From a virus (taxonomy: Duplodnaviria; Caudoviricetes), in the IMG/VR virus record IMGVR_UViG_3300042691_028918, positions 1,338 to 65,337 of that record: a DNA stretch of 64,000 bases, one strand, 5' to 3'. The notes beneath the pieces are model-generated. The model had not been told where the DNA came from, did no database searches, and saw only the letters and a program-made list of their open reading frames with translations. Below, in pieces: positions 58,201-64,000 of the stretch (positions are counted from its first letter, which is position 1; the number at the start of each line of letters is the position of its first letter). The position numbers and the translations under genes are program-made.

Positions 58201-60552
58201 GCATCGTTGCAACAAGGATACGTTTGGGTGGGAGATGGAGTAGGAAAATCAATAGCATTCTCCACGTCATCATTAGTTGCGGGGGGTAATTCATTTGGAA
58301 CAATTGCAGTATCGGGTCAATCGAACGTGATTGCAAACGGAGCGGGTTCTACCTTAACTTTAGTGGCGGGATCTAATATATCAATAACAACGGATGCTAC
58401 GGGAGATACGGTAACGATAAATTCAACGGCAGGAGGTTCAGGAGATACATCGGCATTGAATGTAAGTACGGCATCCTTGAACACATTTACGGCATCTGCA
58501 AACAGTAGATTAAATAATTTAGAACTGACAAGTGGGAGTACAAATAATAGTATTTCCGCACTAAATGTGAGTACGGGTTCATTGAATAGTTACACCGCAT
58601 CGGTGAGTGCAAGTTTATGGAACATTAATACATATACAAACTCCGTAAGTGCAAGTGTACTTAATCTAAATATTAGTTCTGGTTCGCAGCAGGTAGCAAT
58701 TGTAGCATTGAGTGTGAGTACGGGATCAATAAACACATACACCGCATCGGCAACAAGTAGATTAAACAATTTAGAATTAGATAGTGCAAGTGCCGATGTG
58801 AGTATTGCTGCATTAAATGTTAGTACATCATCTTTAAATTCATATACAGCATCAGCAACAAGTAGGTTAAACAATTTGGAACTCACATCTGCGAGTGTAA
58901 ATGCAAGTGTTGTGGCATTAAATAATTATACCACATCCACAAGTGCAAGTTTATGGAACATCAATACTTATACCAATTCTGTTAGCGCAAGTGTACTAAA
59001 CTTAAATGTTAGTTCGGGATCTCAACAGGCATCCATTGTAGCATTAAGTGTAAGTACAGGATCACTTAATACATTTACGGCATCTGCAACAAGTAGACTC
59101 AATAATTTAGAATTAGATAGTGCAAGTACCGATGTGAGTATTGTGGCAATTAATGTGAGTACAGGTTCATTGAATACGTATACTGCATCGGCAACAAGTA
59201 GATTTAATAATTTGGAATTAACTTCGGCGAGTGTAAATGTGGGATTATCGGCATTAAATGCAAGTACTGCATCATTAAATTCCAAAACAGGATCTTACGC
59301 AACTACCGGATCAAATATATTCTTTGGGCTACAAACCATATCAGGAGCATTAGATGTTTCACAATCAATAAGCTCATCTATACCACAAGGACACGTATTG
59401 GTTGGTAATGGTATTAATAGAACCGTAGTTGTAGCAACATCATCTTTCGGAGGTGGACAAACCACAGATATAGGTGCATTAAATGCAAGTACTGCATCAT
59501 TGAATACGTTCACATCATCAACCGCAGTTAGTTTAACTAACTTAAACTTATCATCGGCATCGCAACAAACCGCTATTAATGCAATAAACATCGGTACGGG
59601 TTCATTAAATGCCTATACTGCATCTGCAAATAGTAGATTTGGTAATTTAGAACTAGAAAGTGCAAGTATTGATGTGAGTATTGCGGCAATCAATGCAAGT
59701 ACTGCATCATTAAATTCTAAAACAGGATCATATGCTATAACGGCATCCAATACGTTTGTTGGATTACAAACTATTTCTGGTTCATTAGATGTTTCACAAT
59801 CGATAAGTTCATCTATACCGCAAGGACATGTATTGGTCGGTAATGGTATTAATAGAACGGTGGTTGTGGCTACATCATCTTTTGGCGGAGGACAAACGAC
59901 AGATATAAGTGCATTAAATGCAAGTACTGCATCATTGAATACTTTTACGGCATCTGCTGGAATTAGATTAAATCATTTAGAAATAGATTCCGCAAGCCAA
60001 GATGCATCGGTTTTGGCAATCAATGTTAGTACAGGATCACTTAATACATTCACCGCATCCGCTGCAAGTAGATTAACTAATTTAGAAACAACATCAGCAT
60101 CGGTAAATGTTAGTATAGATAATTTAGAATTATTCAGTTCATCGGTAAATACCAAATTTGCAACTATAGGAACGCAATCTGGATCTTGGGGTGGCGGAGG
60201 AGGTAGTTCTAATCCAAATAACTATATAAAGGGAATATCAATATACGATCCAACCAACGCAGAAGATGTTACTATTATGTATACATCCGCAAGTTTGGAA
60301 ATACAAGGAGTACAGGCGGTTTTAAGGGGTACTGCCGGACAATCGGTAACCGTAACATTAAGATATAATGCCGATAGAAGTGCAGCAGGAACGACAATAG
60401 TGAGTGCACAGGCAGTAACATCCACAACTACTGCAACTGCGGTAACATTGGCGGGAAATAATTCTGTACCTGCAAACAACTTTATATGGTTAGAAACAAC
60501 TGCAACCGCAGGAACGGTAAACGAATTATACATACAATTTGAATACGCATAA
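55237..60552 (+). CDS. Very long repetitive tail fibre/whisker-like protein
   Basis: N-terminal 'IILKRS..GKVPTTSSLAIGEIAINTFDGRVF' fibre-attachment-type domain. Same heptad repeats as 52162-55113. Six 'SLQxGYxWVG/IPQGHVLVG...ATSS' knuckle modules. Confidence 0.8.
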   Translation: MAQSIILKRSALSGKVPTTSSLAIGEIAINTFDGRVFLHVSSSTTQSIQHIVTTNSITTGSITLTRTGSFGEIVVTQDGNFQRDIFVTRDIVGNGDLDIGGSITASLQNGYIWVGNASNVTKLLATSSLVPGNIYITSSANAPSTTYDNMIWYDSDTGKSYIRYNDGISTQWILQSDPTVNTGPTLLSLQDVTDIGYTTDNPIIITNTTNATSSGSGALIISGGAGFMMDVWARKFYGDGSGLTGVVASYTETDTLDSVLGRGNSSANSIVLTGTTNATSKATGVIRVAGGIGVQKDIWAENLILVGTLTASLQSGYAWVGNSVGSASAVATSSFSTLLPSGILSSSNATFSSYTSSINTFTASTTSRLNNIELETASADVSIFALNVSTGSLNTFTGSTNNRLNNIELTSASLNASRLAINASTGALNTYTASVSASLWNLNTYTNSVSASIFNHNISSGSQQAAIAALSVSTGSINTFTASTNSRLNNLELTSASTNVSLVALNTSSGSLNTYTSSVSASLWNLNTYTNSVSASILNHNISSGSQQAAIAALSVSTGSLNTFSASATSRFNNLELTSASTNASLAALNASTGALNTYTASTNSRLNNLELTSASVNASLTNHNISSASQQVSITAINVSTNSLNTFTSSVNNAVIFNGSDLIVKGNFYVSGSTTYISSSVLNIGDNIIELNYGGTQTIAGIYVKDATVSSLISGSLLWDGTNDYWIAGKSGSESRILLANSDNVLSSSISFNTYTGSVDSRLNNLELTSASVNVSRLALNVSTSSINVSTSSLNTYTASATSRFNNLELNSASVNVSVSALNVSTGSLNIFTASTTSRLNNIELTSASTNASLSTLNASTASLNSKTGSYATTGSNTFVANQIVSGNLDLSGSFTASLQKGYVWVGDANNRTILTATSSFGGGGAISYENTFDFNLDPSVGVIGYIESANLQNRVYANNTNIVFQSTNTDFATFTTQSSYISSSFTASLQQGYVWVGDGVGKSIAFSTSSLVAGGNSFGTIAVSGQSNVIANGAGSTLTLVAGSNISITTDATGDTVTINSTAGGSGDTSALNVSTASLNTFTASANSRLNNLELTSGSTNNSISALNVSTGSLNSYTASVSASLWNINTYTNSVSASVLNLNISSGSQQVAIVALSVSTGSINTYTASATSRLNNLELDSASADVSIAALNVSTSSLNSYTASATSRLNNLELTSASVNASVVALNNYTTSTSASLWNINTYTNSVSASVLNLNVSSGSQQASIVALSVSTGSLNTFTASATSRLNNLELDSASTDVSIVAINVSTGSLNTYTASATSRFNNLELTSASVNVGLSALNASTASLNSKTGSYATTGSNIFFGLQTISGALDVSQSISSSIPQGHVLVGNGINRTVVVATSSFGGGQTTDIGALNASTASLNTFTSSTAVSLTNLNLSSASQQTAINAINIGTGSLNAYTASANSRFGNLELESASIDVSIAAINASTASLNSKTGSYAITASNTFVGLQTISGSLDVSQSISSSIPQGHVLVGNGINRTVVVATSSFGGGQTTDISALNASTASLNTFTASAGIRLNHLEIDSASQDASVLAINVSTGSLNTFTASAASRLTNLETTSASVNVSIDNLELFSSSVNTKFATIGTQSGSWGGGGGSSNPNNYIKGISIYDPTNAEDVTIMYTSASLEIQGVQAVLRGTAGQSVTVTLRYNADRSAAGTTIVSAQAVTSTTTATAVTLAGNNSVPANNFIWLETTATAGTVNELYIQFEYA
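59351..59942 (+). repeat. Intragenic duplicated module (~59351-59507 and ~59787-59942)
   Basis: Both copies encode DVSQSISSSIPQGHVLVGNGINRTVVVATSSFGGGQTTDI(G/S)ALNASTASLNT and differ almost only at synonymous positions. Confidence 0.9.
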
Positions 60553-60563
60553 AAATAATTAAA

Positions 60564-60911
60564 ATGCCAGAATTGACATACATAGAAGATGAAACAATAT
60601 ACTGGGTAGATCCAATTAATGGTGATATATGGGAAAGAACAGGGGGATGTTCACAATGTGGTGATTGTTGTGATGATGATCCAGTAGATCATTTATTTAA
60701 AAACCAAGATGGTAACTGGGTACAAGGTCAAGGATTAAATCCTGTTGTACATGGTAAATGTGCATATTTTAGATTGACGGAAGATGGTAAGGGATTATGC
60801 ACAGGTAGAGATACCACATATTATTTAACAGGTTGTAAATTTCAACCATCAAAACCCAATCATATTACTAATTGGCCAAATTGTACATATAAGTTTACGA
60901 AGATTAATTAA
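60564..60911 (+). CDS. CxxCxxCC (YkgJ/FliB-like) metal-cluster protein
   Basis: 'CSQCGDCC...CAYF....GLC......GCKFQP.......NC'. Confidence 0.75.
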   Translation: MPELTYIEDETIYWVDPINGDIWERTGGCSQCGDCCDDDPVDHLFKNQDGNWVQGQGLNPVVHGKCAYFRLTEDGKGLCTGRDTTYYLTGCKFQPSKPNHITNWPNCTYKFTKIN

Positions 60912-60913
60912 GT

Positions 60914-61600
60914 ATGGCGGTAAAAACATGGTCATTAAGACAAGTAACAACAAATGGAACACCTGCGAGTGTTTTGTGGTGGGATGAAGCTGCAGCCGCA
61001 ACCGCCGCAACATCCGTAACGGGATGGACAGTCGCAAAAACTGCAGCCGGTAACTATCGTGATTTATCAAACGGGTCGGAAGTTGCAGGTTTTTCTGCAA
61101 CAATATCTCCCGCAGCTGCAGTACCAACATCGGATGCAAACTATCCATCGGCAACAACTTATGCACCACCAACGTTAATTAACAGTACCGATAGTATTTC
61201 TACTCTATATGAATATAATGGTGTATTTCCTGCTGGTACATGGACATTTAGCTTTCCTGTTATTGCAGTAGGTGCAGGTGGTACGCAGGATGGAAGGATT
61301 GGTATACGTGTTTATAGAGGATTAAGAAGTGGTACTGCATTTGCGAGTGTAACGCAAATAACCTCTGCACGTTTGGTTGGTACTACTGTAACAAACCTAG
61401 CAACCGCAACTGCACAAACAAGTACGGTAACATGGGCAGCACCCGCATTTGATTTACAAAATGAATTCCTAATTGTTAAAATTGGTTGGGAAATAACAGG
61501 TGCAACTAATAATAATGCTAGTGACGTATTGTTGAGATGGGGAGCAGGTGCAACTATTGTATCACCAACTTTTAAAAAATTCAGACATATAATTACATAA
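60914..61600 (+). CDS. Hypothetical virion protein
   Basis: Ala/Thr-rich beta protein within the fibre cluster. Confidence 0.5.
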   Translation: MAVKTWSLRQVTTNGTPASVLWWDEAAAATAATSVTGWTVAKTAAGNYRDLSNGSEVAGFSATISPAAAVPTSDANYPSATTYAPPTLINSTDSISTLYEYNGVFPAGTWTFSFPVIAVGAGGTQDGRIGIRVYRGLRSGTAFASVTQITSARLVGTTVTNLATATAQTSTVTWAAPAFDLQNEFLIVKIGWEITGATNNNASDVLLRWGAGATIVSPTFKKFRHIIT

Positions 61601-61615
61601 TTTATATTTATACAT

Positions 61616-62578
61616 ATGGCATTGAATTTTCCAACATCACCGACAAATGGACAACAATACACAGATGGAAATGGTATTGTATGGGAATACTCGTCTACAA
61701 AAGGAGTATGGAATAAAAAAAGTGATGTTAACATTAAAGAATTTTCAGGAGCAAAACTATCATTATCTGCAAATTTGGGATTAACTTCAACTACTACTCA
61801 AGTAGCATTTGATACGGTTGATTTTGATACGGATTCATATTCAAATATAGGAACGAATTCATCGAGACTCACAATATCTATAAATGGATATTATCGAATA
61901 AGTGCATTGTTTGAATCCGGCCCATTAGGTGCAGGTTCCACTTATAATTTTATTATAAAAAAGAATGGTATAACTGAACTTGCAAATTCAACGGCATCAC
62001 CAAATCAATTCATAGCATATGATGAGGTATTACAATTGGTTTCTGGAGACTACATAGAATGTTATATCCACGAAGATGATGGTATAGGTACTATATTGAC
62101 AACTTCATTTTTTGAAATATATAGAGTAGGATATTCAATAGGTTCATCATTTTTACCATTAGATTCTTTTAGTGGAGTAAAACTGAATTTATCTGCAAAC
62201 GAAAGTATGACATCCACTCCAACTGCAATTCCATGGGATTCCGCAGATTATAATATAAATGCTGATATAAATGGTAATGTTTATTGGTCGGCAGGAACTG
62301 CACAAAAGGTATCCATATATACTGATGGGTATTATAGATTAAAATCATCTTTTGTTGCAAATACCATAGGTGGTGCAAATTCGTATAATATTAATATAAA
62401 AGCAACCGGAAGTGCAACAATAGAAAGTGCATCTTTTGGTGCATTGGAAAATATAGAATTGGATGAAACGTATTATTTCGCATCTGGAACCTATTTGGAA
62501 GCATATGCAAGTAATACAGGAAGTGTTGGACAATTAACAACGGATACGTATTTACAATTAATAAGAATAGGAGTATAA
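61616..62578 (+). CDS. Virion protein with two C1q/TNF-like domains
   Basis: 'MALNFPTSPTNGQQYT' N-terminal module. Two repeats of 'FSG.KL.LSAN...T.....D..D......I..(N/D)GYYR......L.SG.Y.E'. Confidence 0.65.
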   Translation: MALNFPTSPTNGQQYTDGNGIVWEYSSTKGVWNKKSDVNIKEFSGAKLSLSANLGLTSTTTQVAFDTVDFDTDSYSNIGTNSSRLTISINGYYRISALFESGPLGAGSTYNFIIKKNGITELANSTASPNQFIAYDEVLQLVSGDYIECYIHEDDGIGTILTTSFFEIYRVGYSIGSSFLPLDSFSGVKLNLSANESMTSTPTAIPWDSADYNINADINGNVYWSAGTAQKVSIYTDGYYRLKSSFVANTIGGANSYNINIKATGSATIESASFGALENIELDETYYFASGTYLEAYASNTGSVGQLTTDTYLQLIRIGV

Positions 62579-62589
62579 AATATAAAATT

Positions 62590-62955
62590 ATGGCATTTAT
62601 AAAATCTACAAGTATAGTAACTGATACTGCAATCACAGTACCTGGATTATCGGGAGGAACCGATGGAAGGGTGGTTAGAATTAGTGGAATAAATACTGCA
62701 ACGGATGCAAGTAGTGCGGATACGACTACGGAATTAAACTGTGTATTGTTTAAACAAAATGGTGTATATTATGCAAGTGGTGTTATAGGAGGATTAACAT
62801 CTCTATCAGCTGGATCACCATATTTTTTAACGACAGCTGGTAATATAACATCCACTCCACCAACACCAACAACAACTACGAGGTGTTTGTATTTGGGATT
62901 TGCATTAAATACAACGGATTTATTATTTAGACCAGGAATACCAATATCAGGATAA
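62590..62955 (+). CDS. Small capsid-cement/fibre-like protein
   Basis: 'SLSAGSPYFLTTAGNITSTPP...LGFALNTTDL' is the same module type as in 46982-47926. Confidence 0.5.
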   Translation: MAFIKSTSIVTDTAITVPGLSGGTDGRVVRISGINTATDASSADTTTELNCVLFKQNGVYYASGVIGGLTSLSAGSPYFLTTAGNITSTPPTPTTTTRCLYLGFALNTTDLLFRPGIPISG

Positions 62956-62956
62956 T

Positions 62957-63637
62957 ATGAAATTATATACTTGGGATTTAAACGGATTCGAAAATGCATA
63001 TAGTAAGTATTATTATATGCCCCATCTAAATAGTTGTGTAGATGGTGTAGATGATGATGGACATTTTCATGCAACAATGGGAGAATGTGGAAGAGCATCG
63101 TGTATTTGTGCATTTGAAGATGAACACATTACATACTCAAGACTTTTTTTTGAAGGTGATGATATTTTTAAAATAAGAGCAGAAAATATAGTTGCTGGAT
63201 TAAATATGCCAATTGGTAGTAAGGTATTGGTAATAGGATGTGCATTTGGTTACTTGATGGAAGAGTTGGGAAATAAAAGAATGAATGTTTGGGGATGTGA
63301 TACATCGCCATATATACATTTAAATACGGATACGGAATCTACATACCCAATATACAATGTGGATGTTACATCGGAAACCTTTGTTCAAGAAATAAGAGAG
63401 CAAACCGGAATACAATATTTTGATTATATAATAACAGAGGATGTATTAACATCATATGATTATTACAATGATATATTTTCAAACGTAGAATCCGTTTTGA
63501 ATGTAAATAAATCTTTAAAAAATATCATACATATAGTCGATACAAAGTGTGGTTCACCATTTATAGGACAATCTTTAGTTGAATGGAATACTGTAAATGA
63601 AAATCATAGTTGGTTAGATGGTAATGGTAAAAAATAA
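62957..63637 (+). CDS. Class I SAM-dependent methyltransferase-like protein
   Basis: 'KVLVIGCAFGYL...VWGCDTS...FDYIITEDVL'. Cys/His-rich N-terminal extension. Confidence 0.7.
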   Translation: MKLYTWDLNGFENAYSKYYYMPHLNSCVDGVDDDGHFHATMGECGRASCICAFEDEHITYSRLFFEGDDIFKIRAENIVAGLNMPIGSKVLVIGCAFGYLMEELGNKRMNVWGCDTSPYIHLNTDTESTYPIYNVDVTSETFVQEIREQTGIQYFDYIITEDVLTSYDYYNDIFSNVESVLNVNKSLKNIIHIVDTKCGSPFIGQSLVEWNTVNENHSWLDGNGKK

Positions 63638-63645
63638 AATATAAT

Positions 63646-63810
63646 ATGTGTCCAATTTGTATAATATCAACAATCTTTTATTTTTTAATCTGGGTAGTTG
63701 GTTTGTTCGGGTTTAAAAGATTTGTGAAATGGGCAAAATTTAAATATTATAGTTGGTCTAAATGTAAATGCGAAAAGTGCAAAAACAGAGAAATAAATGG
63801 CGATAAGTAG
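63646..63810 (+). CDS. Small Cys-rich membrane peptide (54 aa, not in ORF track)
   Basis: MCPICIISTIFYFLIWVVGLFGFKRFVKWAKFKYYSWSKCKCEKCKNREINGDK*. Fills the gap and overlaps the next start. Confidence 0.55.
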   Translation: MCPICIISTIFYFLIWVVGLFGFKRFVKWAKFKYYSWSKCKCEKCKNREINGDK

Positions 63811-64000
63811 TATAGTTAGAGAGTATAATTTATCAGGTTCAACCGCAAACCTATATCTGAACCATCCTGCAAATGCGGGTATGAGTGATGGATATTGGTA
63901 TTACTATTCTTCTAGTACTACAAACAATACATTAACTGCCAAAATAAAACCGTTTAGATGGGGAGCTCCCCTTTCAATAGTAAACGGTGGGAATCATTTG
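63797..64000 (+). CDS. Hypothetical protein, 3'-truncated by window edge
   Basis: Open frame from ATG 63797 (MAISSIVREYNLSGSTANLYL...) to the end of the window. Confidence 0.55.
   Translation, partial: MAISSIVREYNLSGSTANLYLNHPANAGMSDGYWYYYSSSTTNNTLTAKIKPFRWGAPLSIVNGGNHL

Noticed and set aside
59351-59942. Duplicated segment as a possible diversity-generating retroelement TR/VR pair
   Set aside because: The differences are synonymous third-position changes of all types, not adenine-specific. Both copies are in-frame coding, and no reverse transcriptase is in the window.
52413-60533. Many long minus-strand ORFs (up to 323 aa) opposite the fibre genes
   Set aside because: They are antisense shadows of low-complexity Ser/Thr/Ala/Asn repeats. 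They mirror the repeat and have no independent motifs.
1-64000. Stop-codon reassignment (seen in some large phages)
   Set aside because: Core genes (TerL, portal, MCP, rSAMs) are full length in code 11, and TAG/TGA end genes at sensible positions.
1-64000. CRISPR arrays, tRNA or rRNA genes
   Set aside because: No regularly spaced repeat-spacer pattern or cloverleaf/T-loop signature was seen. Intergenic gaps are short. A covariance-model scan was not run.

Overview
AT-rich, densely coding segment of a large T4-like tailed dsDNA phage in standard code 11. The host is probably Bacteroidota, inferred from TTTG-N18-20-TATATTA(G) promoter-like motifs and the general lack of Shine-Dalgarno sites. 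Layout: (i) 1-5.9 kb, end of a large tail/fibre gene, a stand-alone S74 auto-chaperone ORF and a small fibre-associated gene. (ii) 5.9-29.2 kb, a ~23-kb glycan synthesis/modification island made of two convergent operons. The + strand carries GT4-like, GT2-like, methyltransferases, two GT7 enzymes with inserted LamG-like domains and three twitch-type radical SAM paralogs interleaved with LamG-like genes. The - strand carries NDP-sugar SDRs, RmlC, a split minimal ThDP enzyme and GT-like proteins. (iii) 29.3-46.9 kb, the head module: multi-domain putative polyproteins, TerL, portal, prohead protease, scaffold and major capsid protein. (iv) 47-64 kb, neck/tail-terminator genes, long Ser/Thr/Asn-rich repetitive fibres and decoration-like genes. 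The leading hypotheses are phage-encoded virion glycosylation acting on a recurrent [ST]-[GAQS]-S motif, prohead-protease-processed cargo polyproteins, a -1 frameshift fusing two head-module ORFs, a TATTTATA late-promoter motif, and a structured leader before the scaffold/capsid operon. All calls come from motif recognition by eye; no searches were run.
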